Shown here: one piece after another, positions 52,909 to 62,415 of the stretch
Position numbering within the stretch: the first letter of the stretch is position 1
How the letters are laid out: every line of letters starts with the position of its first letter
Assembly: GCA_046758965.1 (NCBI GenBank)
Contig: JBHIBG010000002.1
Span: forward strand, 64,001-128,000
Length of the DNA: 64,000 nt
Reading direction: 5' to 3'
Source of the DNA: Candidatus Methylomirabilia bacterium
GTDB lineage: Bacteria > Methylomirabilota > Methylomirabilia > Rokubacteriales > CSP1-6
The notes under the pieces: generated by a model
What the model saw: the letters and a program-made list of their open reading frames with translations, nothing else
Database searches by the model: none
What the model was told of the DNA's origin: nothing
Position numbers and translations under genes: made by a program

Positions 52909-53718
52909 TCAGGTTTCGTTCGTCGGGACAAAGTTGCGCTTTTCAACGAAGGCCCGGGGCCCTTGGAGAGTGTCGCGTAGCCCCAGGTTGGTATTCCAGA
53001 GCGAACACTCGAGCCGCAGCCCTTCCTCCAGCGGCATCCCAAGGCCACGGACCAAGGCTTCCTTGTCCGTCCGGAGGGAACTCTGCGGATATGAGCAGAT
53101 CTGTTCGGCCAAGGCAGTCGCTTCGTCCATGAGCCGGCCGCGCGACACCACCCGGCTGACGAAGTGGATCTCCCGGGCCTCTTTCGCGTCGAACCAGCGC
53201 CCGGTGAGGATCAGGTCCAGGGCCACGCCCAGCCCCACGATGTGCGGGAGGCGCTGCGTACGGCCCGATTCGCACCCGACGTTCCAGCGTCGGTTCACGA
53301 CGCCGAACCTCGCGTGGTTCGCGGCGATCCGGATATCGCAGGCCATCGCCAGCTCCATTCCACCCGCCAGGCAGTAGCCGTTGATCACCGCGATGATGGG
53401 CTTCCAAACACTGATCCCCTTTGTGATCCCTCCCAGATTGGGCCCTTCGTAGGCTCGCCGGCGAAGCGCCTCCGGGCTCATCCGGGCTACGCGCCGGACG
53501 TAGTCCCTCAGATCCGAACCCGCGCAGAAGGAGTTCGTGCCCGCCCCGGTGAGAATCGCGACGTACATCCCGGGATCGTCCCCGAAATCTCGCCAGACCG
53601 CCCAGAGGTCATGGTCCACCTGCTCGGTCAGGCAGTTCTCCCTCTCCGGGTTGTTGATCGTCACGTAGGCGGTATGCCCGCGCTTCTTATGGATCACGTT
53701 CTTGAGCTTGAGCGCCAT
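52909..53718 (-). CDS. Enoyl-CoA hydratase/isomerase family protein
   Basis: FCAGSDL, KPIIAVINGYCLAGGMELAMACDIR. Confidence 0.9.
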   Translation of the reverse strand: MALKLKNVIHKKRGHTAYVTINNPERENCLTEQVDHDLWAVWRDFGDDPGMYVAILTGAGTNSFCAGSDLRDYVRRVARMSPEALRRRAYEGPNLGGITKGISVWKPIIAVINGYCLAGGMELAMACDIRIAANHARFGVVNRRWNVGCESGRTQRLPHIVGLGVALDLILTGRWFDAKEAREIHFVSRVVSRGRLMDEATALAEQICSYPQSSLRTDKEALVRGLGMPLEEGLRLECSLWNTNLGLRDTLQGPRAFVEKRNFVPTNET

Positions 53719-53892
53719 GGGGCCTCTCCTTTCGTTTCCGAATACGCCTCTTCGGCGCGGCGGGAGTATGCCAGGCCGCTCGCGGCACAGTCAACACTCT
53801 TCCTCAGCTCCAACCACTGATGGCGCACCAGACCGCCGCCTGCAAGCCGGCGTCGTCCACCTTCCGAGGTGGCACGGCCTGAGCAGCGGCGA

Positions 53893-53930
53893 CTGACAGT
53901 CTGGCACTGGTTTGGACACCCTGACCGGAA
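53893..53930 (+). promoter_or_regulatory. Conserved 38-bp upstream element, copy 3
   Basis: CTGACAGTCTGGCACTGGTTTGGACACCCTGACCGGAA; 114 nt upstream of the -24 GG. Confidence 0.72.
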
Positions 53931-54042
53931 GGAGTGGGATCGGGGGTGAATGCCCGGGGGCGCCGGAGGGGAGAACGAGGAAAAGTTCAGCCTCCGCAAG
54001 GCGATACGGGGCGATCAACGAGATACCCGGGTCAGTTCAGGA

Positions 54043-54059
54043 TGGGCAGGGTTCTTGCT
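54043..54059 (+). promoter_or_regulatory. Sigma-54-type promoter
   Basis: TGGGCAGGGTTCTTGCT (GG-N10-GC). Confidence 0.7.
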
Positions 54060-54136
54060 CGTCGTGTAAGGGCCCGCGAGGCCGGGACCGACCGGACCGG
54101 CACCAGAGGCACGAGTTCAGGGAAGGAGGAGCTGCC

Positions 54137-55069
54137 ATGAAAAGGCCCCTGAAAAGCAGTCTGAGCTTGCTAGCCATGACCCTGTTCTTGGGGTGGGGAC
54201 CGGGGGTGGGACCGGCCGTTGCCGGATCCGACAACCAGATCAACATCCAGGGACAGCCGCTGCCGGCCGATATCGCGAATGTCGTCAACACCCGGTTCGC
54301 GAACTCCGACACTTCCGGAGTCCAGTTCCGGGAGTTCACCCTGGAGCCCGGCGACGCGGGGCTGTTTCTCACGCCGGATGATCAGAATCTCCTGATTCAG
54401 ATCGGCGGTACGCTCCAAGGGCTCGAAGGGGAGCGGCAGGTAAAGTTTCGGGGCACCGTGAACGGCCAGCGGTTTGAGGCACGGGTCAAGCGGCATGATG
54501 ATGGAACGCTCCGCGCCCGGATCGAGGGCATGGACGTGAGTGGCATGACCCCGGAGCAGCTTGTGGAGTTCGCTAGCAGGTTCGACCGCGTACGCATCCG
54601 GGGGTTAGGTGGCCAGCGGTATGAGATCAAGCGGCGGGCGGACGGAACCCTCCGGGCGCGGTTCGAGGGGATGGACCTTAGCGGGATGACCCCGGAGCAG
54701 TTTGCACAGTTCGCGGTCGCCAACGGGTTCGACCGCCTGCGCATCCGGGGTGTAGACGGTCAGCGCTATGAGATCAGGCGCCATGATGACGGAACGCTCC
54801 GCGGGCGGATCGAGCGGCTAAACCTCAGCGAGAGGGACGCGAAGGAGCTTGCGGACTCGCTGCGCGCCAAGGGACTCGACCGGGTACGCATCCGAGGAGT
54901 AGATGCCAACGGAAACCGAGTCCGTGTCGAGTACCGGCGGGATAAGGGCCTCGTGAAGAATGAGATCGAGAGAGACCATCGCGGCCGGGATCGAGAGCGG
55001 CATCGGGCAGAACGGGAGCGGCATCGGGATCGTGACCGTGACGACCACGGCGGAAGCGGAAGGCATTAA
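54137..55069 (+). CDS. Secreted protein with three ~49-aa repeats and an R/D/E/H-rich tail
   Basis: AAGGAGG RBS, signal peptide, repeats GQRYE.KR..DGTLRAR.EG...FDR.RIRG. Confidence 0.8.
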   Translation: MKRPLKSSLSLLAMTLFLGWGPGVGPAVAGSDNQINIQGQPLPADIANVVNTRFANSDTSGVQFREFTLEPGDAGLFLTPDDQNLLIQIGGTLQGLEGERQVKFRGTVNGQRFEARVKRHDDGTLRARIEGMDVSGMTPEQLVEFASRFDRVRIRGLGGQRYEIKRRADGTLRARFEGMDLSGMTPEQFAQFAVANGFDRLRIRGVDGQRYEIRRHDDGTLRGRIERLNLSERDAKELADSLRAKGLDRVRIRGVDANGNRVRVEYRRDKGLVKNEIERDHRGRDRERHRAERERHRDRDRDDHGGSGRH

Positions 55070-55087
55070 TCAGCGGCTACCTGGGCC

Positions 55088-55122
55088 AGGGGTGGCGGCA
55101 ATCTTGCTGCCACCCCTTTTTT
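55088..55122 (+). terminator. Rho-independent terminator
   Basis: AGGGGTGGCGGCAA-TC-TTGCTGCCACCCCT followed by a T run. Confidence 0.8.
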
Positions 55123-55165
55123 CCGGCGTCCTGAGAAAGCGGCCACGCACAGAAGGGAGAGGAGG

Positions 55166-56011
55166 ATGAAGGCCGGACTGCGCACTTGTACGGCGGGCCT
55201 CGTGCTCCTCGCCTGTCTCGCCTCCCCGGCCGTGGGCTGGGGCCAGGATGCAGAGCGGGAGCGGTGGCGGTTCAGCACGGGGATCGCTTACGAACAGGGG
55301 GACTTCGGGACCGATGTGACCACGAAAATCGTCGTTGCGCCGTTCTCTCTCCGGTACCTGGGAGATCGGTTTGATCTCGGCCTCACCGTCCCCTTTGTCT
55401 ATCAGGAGTCAAGCGCAGCCGTAACCTTGCTCGATGGGAGGCCAGAGCGCATCGAGGAGAAGGACGCCCCAGCCGAACAGGTCACGGAGCGGGTCCCCGG
55501 CCTCGGCGACCTAGTCCTGAAGGGGCGGCTTTACCTCTTTGACGATCCCGGCCTTGAACTCCCTTTTCCTGGCGTCGCCCCCTTCGTCAAGGTCAAATTT
55601 CCCACCAGGGTCGGATTTTCCACCGTGGATCAGGAGGTCGTCCTGGGGACGGGAGAGTTTGACTACGGCTTCGGGCTGGAGCTCGATAAGCGACTCCATG
55701 ATTTCTTCCTCTTCGCCGACGCCGGCTATACCTTTATTGGCGAGCCGCCGGGGACCGACCTGCAGGATCGGATCTCTGTGGGGGCTGGTGTGGGATACTC
55801 CCCTACCCCGAACCTCTCAACAAGTGTCTCGCTGGCATGGAGCCGGTCGGTGGTTGACGGGGCTGACGATCCCGCTGACATCTTCATCGATCTCAGCTGG
55901 CGCGTCACCCCGACCCTCACCTGGACCCCTTTTGCCTCTTTTGGCCTCACCGACGGAAGCCCCGATTTCGGTGTCGGGTTCCAAGTCTCGCGCCGCTTCG
56001 GCCGGCGTTAG
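55166..56011 (+). CDS. Outer-membrane beta-barrel 'transporter' family protein
   Basis: Signal peptide, GLGDLVLKGR, VKFPT, LGTGEFDY, GSPDFGVG. Confidence 0.75.
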   Translation: MKAGLRTCTAGLVLLACLASPAVGWGQDAERERWRFSTGIAYEQGDFGTDVTTKIVVAPFSLRYLGDRFDLGLTVPFVYQESSAAVTLLDGRPERIEEKDAPAEQVTERVPGLGDLVLKGRLYLFDDPGLELPFPGVAPFVKVKFPTRVGFSTVDQEVVLGTGEFDYGFGLELDKRLHDFFLFADAGYTFIGEPPGTDLQDRISVGAGVGYSPTPNLSTSVSLAWSRSVVDGADDPADIFIDLSWRVTPTLTWTPFASFGLTDGSPDFGVGFQVSRRFGRR

Positions 56012-56059
56012 ATCGGGGGGTCGACGTGGCGCTGCGGCGCGTCATGGTCCGCGCAGGTC

Positions 56060-56536
56060 TCACTCCGGTATGCCATTGCTTCCATTGCCGAGTTCATGGC
56101 TGAAGTGCCAGACGTTCACATCAAAGCGGACCTCCCCTCCGGTGGGCCGCAGGTGGATCGAGAACGGACGCCTCTGCCATCGGCTCATGCGGCCCCCGTA
56201 TGTAGTACCGAAGGCCCGGCTCACCATCTTGCCCCTCTCATCGAGCCCCACGACCTCAAGCGTAACGTTCTGGATCGCATCGATCCGGCTGGCGGTCGCG
56301 ATTCCCCGGACCACCACCTGACCCTCCTTCCGCTCGAGGGTCCAGTGGAGGTCCAAGAAGCGCTGCTCAACATCGTGCCGGGCAAAGTGCTCCGGCGAGC
56401 GAGGGGAGAAGGCGGTGTACTGGACCCCACCACAGCCAGCCAGGAGGCCTGCGAGGGCGACGACCAGCGATCCGGAAAGGGACAGGAGGGGGCGGTTCAG
56501 GGGTTGCACCGGGGTCTTCAGCGTTGGCTCGGTCAT
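56060..56536 (-). CDS. Lipoprotein with FxLYD-like beta domain
   Basis: LAGC lipobox; VVRG...NVTLEVVGLDERGKMVS. Confidence 0.65.
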   Translation of the reverse strand: MTEPTLKTPVQPLNRPLLSLSGSLVVALAGLLAGCGGVQYTAFSPRSPEHFARHDVEQRFLDLHWTLERKEGQVVVRGIATASRIDAIQNVTLEVVGLDERGKMVSRAFGTTYGGRMSRWQRRPFSIHLRPTGGEVRFDVNVWHFSHELGNGSNGIPE

Positions 56537-56556
56537 GCCGGCCCCAGGCCGGCGCG

Positions 56557-56573
56557 CTGGAACGTATTTTGCA
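56557..56573 (+). promoter_or_regulatory. Sigma-54-type promoter
   Basis: CTGGAACGTATTTTGCA (GG-N10-GC), about 100 nt before ATG 56672. Confidence 0.6.
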
Positions 56574-56671
56574 GTTTGTTCAAGCCGGTTACAAGTCCGT
56601 TTTGGACGGGCAGGCCGGCGGGAGCGTTTCGGTGTCTAGCAGGCCTCGTTGAGTTGAACGGGGAGGGAAAC

Positions 56672-56905
56672 ATGGCTCGGTTCCAGTTCGTCGTGGCGGG
56701 AGGCAACCATCGCCTCTACAGCTATCTGAAGCAGAAGTTTGCCGGGGAGGACAGCATCAAGATCACCCACGAGCGGCGAGGCAAGGAGGAACGACGGCAG
56801 CGCAGCGGGCTGCATCTGCCGGAGCGGCGTAGAGGCACCCGACGCCGCCAGCGGGTAAATGAGAGTGACCTCCGTTCCTACGGGTTTGTCGTCATCCGCG
56901 AGTAG
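56672..56905 (+). CDS. Small Arg-rich hypothetical protein (stand-alone ERR module)
   Basis: GGAGG RBS; homologous to the C half of 50203..50592. Confidence 0.72.
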   Translation: MARFQFVVAGGNHRLYSYLKQKFAGEDSIKITHERRGKEERRQRSGLHLPERRRGTRRRQRVNESDLRSYGFVVIRE

Positions 56906-56985
56906 CAAGGGGCTCGATCTGCTGCCACGCGGGCGCGCCCCCCTCGCCGATTAACCGGGAATCGTCCAGTTGCTCGGAGCGCCCC

Positions 56986-57396
56986 CTACTCAAGAATCCC
57001 GAGGATCTCCTCCTCGCGCAGAATCAGGTACTCCTCGTCATCTACCTTGACCTCTGAACCCGCGTACTTCTCGAAGAGCACGTGATCTCCGGCTTTCACG
57101 TCGAGGGGTACCCGCTTCCCACGCTCGAGCGCCTTGCCGCCGCCAACCGCGATGACCTCCCCTCTCTGGGGCTTTTCCTTTGCGGTATCAGGGATAATGA
57201 TGCTCCCCCGCCGCTCCTCCTGCTCTCCGACACGCTTGACCAAGATGCGATCGTGCAATGGCCGCACCCTCGTCGCCCTCTCTCCACCCTTTGGTGTGCG
57301 CAGTGGGCCGCGTGAAGTTCTAACCTTGGAGCCCTTGCTCCGGCCTCCCTTGCCCCTCTTCACGTCCCGACCGCCAGTCCTTCTGCTTCTGGCCAT
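56986..57396 (-). CDS. groES: Co-chaperonin GroES with basic N-terminal extension
   Basis: [37 protein letters not shown]. Confidence 0.9.
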   Translation of the reverse strand: MARSRRTGGRDVKRGKGGRSKGSKVRTSRGPLRTPKGGERATRVRPLHDRILVKRVGEQEERRGSIIIPDTAKEKPQRGEVIAVGGGKALERGKRVPLDVKAGDHVLFEKYAGSEVKVDDEEYLILREEEILGILE

Positions 57397-57655
57397 GGCC
57401 CTATTATGGCATTGACTGGTGGACCGCTGGGAGAACCTTATTGCGCCGCGCGATCATCATGGCTCGCCGTCCCGTTCGTGTCAGGCGCTCTTCCACCGCC
57501 TCCGCTACAGTCTCGGTCACGTCGAGCTCGGTGTGTGGGGACCGCCGTGGCGGCCTCGTCACGGTGATCGCGGGATCACCACCGTGGAGAGGGTCGCCCG
57601 GGTCACCGCGGAGTCAGTCACGCCCAGGAACGAATCATCCGGCGGAATGCCGCTT

Positions 57656-57895
57656 TCAGCAGAGGCGGTTGTACAGCCAGGCGATGACGATCCCACCGAG
57701 AGCCCCATCGGCAAAGCCCCAGAGCCCTCCCACCAGGCTTCCAGCCAGACTCGCGGTAAAGCCCAGGTAAACGGACCCCAGCACTTCGACAAGCGGTCGG
57801 CCCCAGCCGACAGATCCGGCCAGGCCGAGAAGAAATATCCCTGCCCCCCAGCTCACCCCTAAAGCAAGAGCCAAGCCCTTAACACTCAGTCGCAT
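57656..57895 (-). CDS. Small two-TM membrane protein
   Basis: LALALGVSWG...YLG...GSLVGGLWGFADG...AWLYN; GGGGGAG RBS. Confidence 0.7.
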   Translation of the reverse strand: MRLSVKGLALALGVSWGAGIFLLGLAGSVGWGRPLVEVLGSVYLGFTASLAGSLVGGLWGFADGALGGIVIAWLYNRLC

Positions 57896-58030
57896 TGCTG
57901 CTCCCCCCCCGTTTCAAGCTGCCTTTCTCGTGTCCCCCGTGAACCGCCCGCTCGGCCTCCAGCCGGAAGCAGGGACCGCTTCGGTGAACTGGCGACAGGC
58001 TGGATGAGGCCTGCGTGGGAGTGGTCATGC

Positions 58031-58260
58031 CTAGAGCGCCTCTGGTCCTCCTCGGACCCAATCGAATGACTGTACGGTCACCCCGCAGGTCGTTCCCGCT
58101 CCCGGCACTACCACCTCAAAGTAGGCGACACCGAGCCTCTCTACGCTCCCAACGTCGCCCATGGTCTTGCTGGCAACTTGGCCGGAGCTGTCCAGCTCCT
58201 CCACCGAGAGCTCGAGGTCTACCACCCGAAAAGCGTAGTAGGTCCAAGGGCTCTCTTGTC
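58031..58260 (-). pseudogene. 5'-truncated FxLYD-like gene remnant
   Basis: DLELSVEELDSSGQVAS...AYFEVVVP...VTVQSFDW resembles 56060..56536; no credible start or signal peptide. Confidence 0.45.
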
Positions 58261-58355
58261 CCAACCGCCACTCTCGGCCCTGTCTCCTGAGCCAAGCATA
58301 CCGCCATAGGGCCGCGCACGGGAATGACACGCCGCAGCAAGGATCTAGCACCAGA

Positions 58356-58393
58356 CTGACAATATGGCACCGGTTTGGACAACTTGACCGGAA
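58356..58393 (+). promoter_or_regulatory. Conserved 38-bp upstream element, copy 4
   Basis: CTGACAATATGGCACCGGTTTGGACAACTTGACCGGAA; 82 nt upstream of the -24 GG. Confidence 0.72.
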
Positions 58394-58473
58394 GAGAAGG
58401 GGCGAGGGGCTGGATCCCCTCGAGATCGCCAAGCCAATGCAATGCGAAATCAGAGGACCCAGTCAGCGCGGAG

Positions 58474-58490
58474 TAGGCAGGGTTTTTGCG
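58474..58490 (+). promoter_or_regulatory. Sigma-54-type promoter
   Basis: TAGGCAGGGTTTTTGCG (GG-N10-GC). Confidence 0.65.
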
Positions 58491-58533
58491 TCTTCTCCGG
58501 GAGGTCGTGATGTTATAGAGGAAGGAGGCTCCC

Positions 58534-59022
58534 ATGCTCGGACGTAGCAGTTCCTGGAGACAGGCTAGTGCCGACCGCTCGGACAACGACGGCCCGGGGG
58601 TGTCGACCACCCTCTTCACGATCGTCGGGGACCAGGCGAAGTTGGAGGGGAAGTTCGAAATTACCGAGTCCATCGAGATCGAGTGCGAGGTCGGTGGCCA
58701 CCTGAAGGTGAGCGGCAAGCTGGTGATCGGCGAGAAGGGCGTCGTTCGCGCCGATGTTGAAACCGTGGACGCCGTCATCCAGGGGCAGTACGAGGGGAAC
58801 ATGGTGGCCACGGGGAACGTGGAGATCACCGCCACGGGGCGGGTGAGCGGCAACATCGAGACCGATTCGTTGCTGATCTCCAAAGGCGGATTCTTCAACG
58901 GCAACGTGGTCAAGATGAAGGAGCGGGAGAAGGCGCAGCAGGATGAGACGCGCACCAGCACGAAGGCCCGGGCCAGCTGGGTAAAGGCCGCCCTGGAGGA
59001 GTCGGACCAGGCCTACGACTAA
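58534..59022 (+). CDS. Bactofilin (polymer-forming cytoskeletal protein)
   Basis: TIVG....LEGKF, LVIGEKGVV.AD, I.G...GN..A...VEI..TGRV.GNI, GGFFNG; AAGGAGG RBS. Confidence 0.88.
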   Translation: MLGRSSSWRQASADRSDNDGPGVSTTLFTIVGDQAKLEGKFEITESIEIECEVGGHLKVSGKLVIGEKGVVRADVETVDAVIQGQYEGNMVATGNVEITATGRVSGNIETDSLLISKGGFFNGNVVKMKEREKAQQDETRTSTKARASWVKAALEESDQAYD

Positions 59023-59548
59023 GCTGAGCGGGCCGCCCTCCTTGGCCCGCGATCGTCGCCGCGTATAGGTTGCGTCCCTGCCGCGTTTCGCGGCGATCTG
59101 CAACGAAGCGCTTTCTATCTGTCCGCCATTGCTCGCCTCGCATCGGACTTTGGGCGTTACCGATCTTTCTCGCTCGCCATGCTCATTGTCCCTTGCGGGA
59201 CAGGGACTCTTCCAGCGCCTCTGCGACTTCACCTAGTAGTGCCCAAAGTAAATCGACCTCACGAGCACCCGCCGCGGGCCCTGTCCCGGCGAGCAGCCCC
59301 ACGGTGCTTGCTCCCGCAGGCTCGGCTGCCCGTCAGGACCCGTCGGCCGAGTGCAGTTCCAGGCCTTTTCAGAGGCGGTGCGCTCCGCGCCGTGGGGCGC
59401 CCCCGACCCGGATACGTTCCGTCTTCGACGGGTATCCGGGTGCCCGGCGCCACCCGCGGCTGCTGGCCCAAGCGAAACACGTTGGAGGCGCACTACGTTG
59501 TCAGCAGCGCGGGAGCGTGGCGCCAAGCCGAAGCATCTCATCCAAGGG

Positions 59549-59709
59549 TGTAAACCTTACAGCCCCGCTGTGTAGTTCTTACATCCTGCCCTCGTAAACC
59601 AGAGCTCAACGACGCCCGCGCCGTGAGGCCGGTGCCGAAACAAGGCATCGAAAATCAAGAAGTTTCCGACCGGAACACGTGCCTCCGCTGAGTTGGCAGG
59701 GCGATTGCT
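59549..59709 (+). promoter_or_regulatory. Second sigma-54 architecture: two TGTA-N5-TACA palindromes, IHF-like site, -24/-12 promoter
   Basis: TGTAAACCTTACA (59549) and TGTAGTTCTTACA (59571), AATCAAGAAGTTT (59653), TTGGCAGGGCGATTGCT (59693). Confidence 0.65.
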
Positions 59710-59869
59710 GGCTTCCACGGCGAACGTCGCTAAATGGGGCCGAACCATGGTTTGCCGCCTTGTGCTTTTTCGCTCTTCAGCAGACGCCGGAAATCTTTGC
59801 GCACGGGGGGTCAGCAGAGGTATGGAGAGCATCAGAAAACCCATGGCGAAAATCGAGGGCCGAAGGCGG

Positions 59870-60064
59870 ATGAAGCTCAGCGGGCTCACGATCGCATGGC
59901 GAGGGACGCCACGCCTCGATGATTGGGTCGCCTACATTCACAACGGCACCAGATCCAAGAAGCCGATCCTCGCTGACCACGTGTCGGAGCGAAAGGTGAG
60001 GGCGCTCCTCTCGCGGCTCCAGACCATGTCACGACGGCAAATCGAGAGGTTGGCGAAAGGGTAG
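59870..60064 (+). CDS. Small hypothetical protein (64 aa)
   Basis: Coherent ORF MKLSGLTIAWRGTPRLDDWVAYI... downstream of a sigma-54-type promoter. Confidence 0.55.
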   Translation: MKLSGLTIAWRGTPRLDDWVAYIHNGTRSKKPILADHVSERKVRALLSRLQTMSRRQIERLAKG

Positions 60065-60210
60065 CCCCTCTCAGCCCGGAGCGCAGACCAGAGGCTGCCG
60101 AGGCCTCACACGCTCTGGATCAGAAACCCTGAGTTCCGGCAGACGTGGCATGCTGCCACGCCATGCGCTGCTCCTGGACATCGGGCTGAGCGTGTGCGAT
60201 AGTGAGCGAG

Positions 60211-60636
60211 ATGGTCAGGTTGCTTCTGCTCTTCATCTCTGTTCCCGCCGTCGAGCTAGCCTCCCTCATCGAGCTGGGCAGACAGATAGGCACCCTTGCC
60301 ACCCTGGGGCTGATCGGGGTCACCGGCATGTTGGGCGCCTTCCTTGCTCGCCGCCAGGGCCTGGGCGTGTTGCGCCAGGTGCGGGCCGAGATGGCTGCCG
60401 GACGCCTTCCCGCTGGCTCGATCGTTGACGGCATCATCATCCTGCTGGCCGGCGCGCTGCTGATCACACCAGGAATCCTCACCGACGCCGTCGGCTTTCT
60501 CTGCCTGATTCCGGCCTCCCGGAAAATCATCAAGACCGCGCTCTGGCGCCGGCTAGAGCGGGCCGTTCGCGACGGCCAGGTGCGCGTCTCCGTGCACCGC
60601 GGGGAGGCATCCGCCAGGCGCTGGACTTCCATCTGA
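60211..60636 (+). CDS. fxsA: FxsA-family membrane protein
   Basis: LLFISVPAVEL, ARRQG, LLITPGILTDAVG. Confidence 0.85.
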   Translation: MVRLLLLFISVPAVELASLIELGRQIGTLATLGLIGVTGMLGAFLARRQGLGVLRQVRAEMAAGRLPAGSIVDGIIILLAGALLITPGILTDAVGFLCLIPASRKIIKTALWRRLERAVRDGQVRVSVHRGEASARRWTSI

Positions 60637-60804
60637 TCCTCTCGAGGCATCGTTTCCCGCACTAGGCGAAACCGTTCCTGATCAGTGAGCCGCCCGCACG
60701 AAAAGGACGAGGCCACGGAAGGGAGCATGCTACGCGAACGTGGTGCGCCACCAGTTGACTGGACGTGGATGCTGCGACCTAGAAGCGGGGAAAGCCCAGG
60801 ATAG

Positions 60805-61389
60805 TCACGGCCTCTCGTCTCTCAAAATGAAGCCGCGGAGTCCGTTCCTTTCCAGGGCAGCCCGTACCGCCTCGGCCCGCTCTAGGCTCGGGTACTTGCC
60901 GACCCACACGACGTGGGGCGCAGCCGCCGACTCGCCTCGGCGAATCACGGCCGGGTAGAGTTCGGCGGTGAGTCGGGCAGCCAATCGGGCAGCATTTTTC
61001 GCCTCTTTGAACGCGCCCACCTGGACCCAGAACCCTCCCTTGGCAAGCACGGGAGCAGCTACGTTCCGCACGCTGGGCCGTGCGGACCTATGCTCCGCTA
61101 GTTGCGTGGTAGCCGACACCGCGGGAAGACTCGCCGCCTCCCATTTCTGCGGCGCTGGTGGGGTTGTAAGCGGCCGCGGACCTGCGAAAACCGGCGGCTC
61201 GAACGGGACCGATCGCGCGCTCTCCAACGCGTGGCTTCGGATCGGCGCGAGACTTATCCACTCGACGAGGTAGGCGAGGGCCACGAACCCCAGCGCGAGG
61301 ATCGCGAGCCCGCCGAGTAGTCTGCGGAACGACCCCTTCTCAACGATACGCCGAGTTGCCGGCTCCCTGTTGTCGTACCTCCTGCTCAT
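60805..61389 (-). CDS. SPOR-domain protein
   Basis: TM anchor, Pro-rich linker, FWVQVGAF....NA, VWVG.Y...E.A. Confidence 0.85.
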   Translation of the reverse strand: MSRRYDNREPATRRIVEKGSFRRLLGGLAILALGFVALAYLVEWISLAPIRSHALESARSVPFEPPVFAGPRPLTTPPAPQKWEAASLPAVSATTQLAEHRSARPSVRNVAAPVLAKGGFWVQVGAFKEAKNAARLAARLTAELYPAVIRRGESAAAPHVVWVGKYPSLERAEAVRAALERNGLRGFILRDERP

Positions 61390-61713
61390 CGTCCTTCCTC
61401 CCAAATGAGCGAGCAACCCCTCTCTGTTCGCCACCCCCTGTAAGTCCGTACCGTACCATCAGAGCTTCCCATCCGAAGCAAGAAAAATGAGCCCTGCCAT
61501 GGAAGGTAGACGGCTGCCGGCGAAAGGATCGGCGATAGAAAAGCCCCGAGCGAGCCGGGGCGGCGGGGTGGGTGGACTCCCGAGTGGCGCTCGGATCGGC
61601 CCCTTCCTGGAAGCGATGCGCAACCCCCCTACCGTCAGAAGGTTCGGGTTGCGGCGGGCGTGTCGTTCAACACCGGGAAGCCGCCGAAGTGCATGGGCGC
61701 CAAGGCCTTCCAG

Positions 61714-62415
61714 TCACGGTCTTGCGGGGGCATAGGTGCTGAGAGTGGTCAGGAAGGCCTCGGCTTCATCAGGAGCCGCCAGCCGACTTCCCAAGAGGAT
61801 CTCGCGGGCAGTGTAGCTGCGACCGTACAACTGCTGGTTGGCACCGCCATCGGCAAAGATCGTAGTGCCTTCCAGGGAAACGCCGCCGAACAAGCCCTGG
61901 GTGCGCGAGTAGGACAAGATCGCCGCCTGGAGGCGAACGTCAACGCCCACTTCCCCTCGTCGCCCCACGGGTCCCGCCGCGACGCTCAGGTCACCGCCCA
62001 GCGTCACTTTGCTCCGCAGCAGGCTGTCTACGCCCTGCCAGTTCATGACGAGGAGGATGAAGTCCGTCACCTGGGCGCCGATCTGCAAGCCGAAGCTCGC
62101 CCCGCCCATGCTGAAGAAGGCGGGGGGACTCCACCGTCCGTCGGCCTCGCGCCTGACACTCATGATTCCCTTGCCGGCCCGCCCTCCCACGAAGAAGGCC
62201 CCCTTCACCACCCCGGGAAAGACCGCGACAGCGTAAGCGCGGTCCAAGAGATCCTGTGGTATCCCCTTGTCTGGAGCGCTCATCACCTCACGGAGAACGG
62301 CCGACGCCTTTTCGAATCGCGCCACGAGTTTCGGACCCACCTCTGCCGTCACCTGCCCGAACCCAACCATGACGAGGACGAGAGCCCCGACCAACGACCG
62401 CTGCCACCATCTCAT
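61714..62415 (-). CDS. Lipid-binding SYLF (Ysc84) domain protein
   Basis: Signal peptide, PDKGIP, WSPPAF, SFGLQIG, AAGPVGR, SYSRTQGLFGG. Confidence 0.9.
   Translation of the reverse strand: MRWWQRSLVGALVLVMVGFGQVTAEVGPKLVARFEKASAVLREVMSAPDKGIPQDLLDRAYAVAVFPGVVKGAFFVGGRAGKGIMSVRREADGRWSPPAFFSMGGASFGLQIGAQVTDFILLVMNWQGVDSLLRSKVTLGGDLSVAAGPVGRRGEVGVDVRLQAAILSYSRTQGLFGGVSLEGTTIFADGGANQQLYGRSYTAREILLGSRLAAPDEAEAFLTTLSTYAPARP

Noticed and set aside
53893..53930. TGGCAC within the repeated element as the sigma-54 promoter itself
   Set aside because: It is followed by N4-TTGG rather than N5-TTGC, so GG-N10-GC fails; properly spaced promoters lie downstream.
57656..57895. Holin indicating a prophage
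   Set aside because: Similar small membrane proteins are sometimes labelled holins, but no endolysin or other phage genes are present.
59040..59540. Coding or structured-RNA content in the 500-nt gap after bactofilin
   Set aside because: Overlapping short ORFs on both strands lack RBS or motifs, and no convincing structure was visible by eye.
60590..60728. Possible minus-strand gene remnant (LTDQERFRLV...RLADASPR) overlapping the fxsA end
   Set aside because: The resemblance to a hypothetical-protein N-terminus is too short to support without a search.
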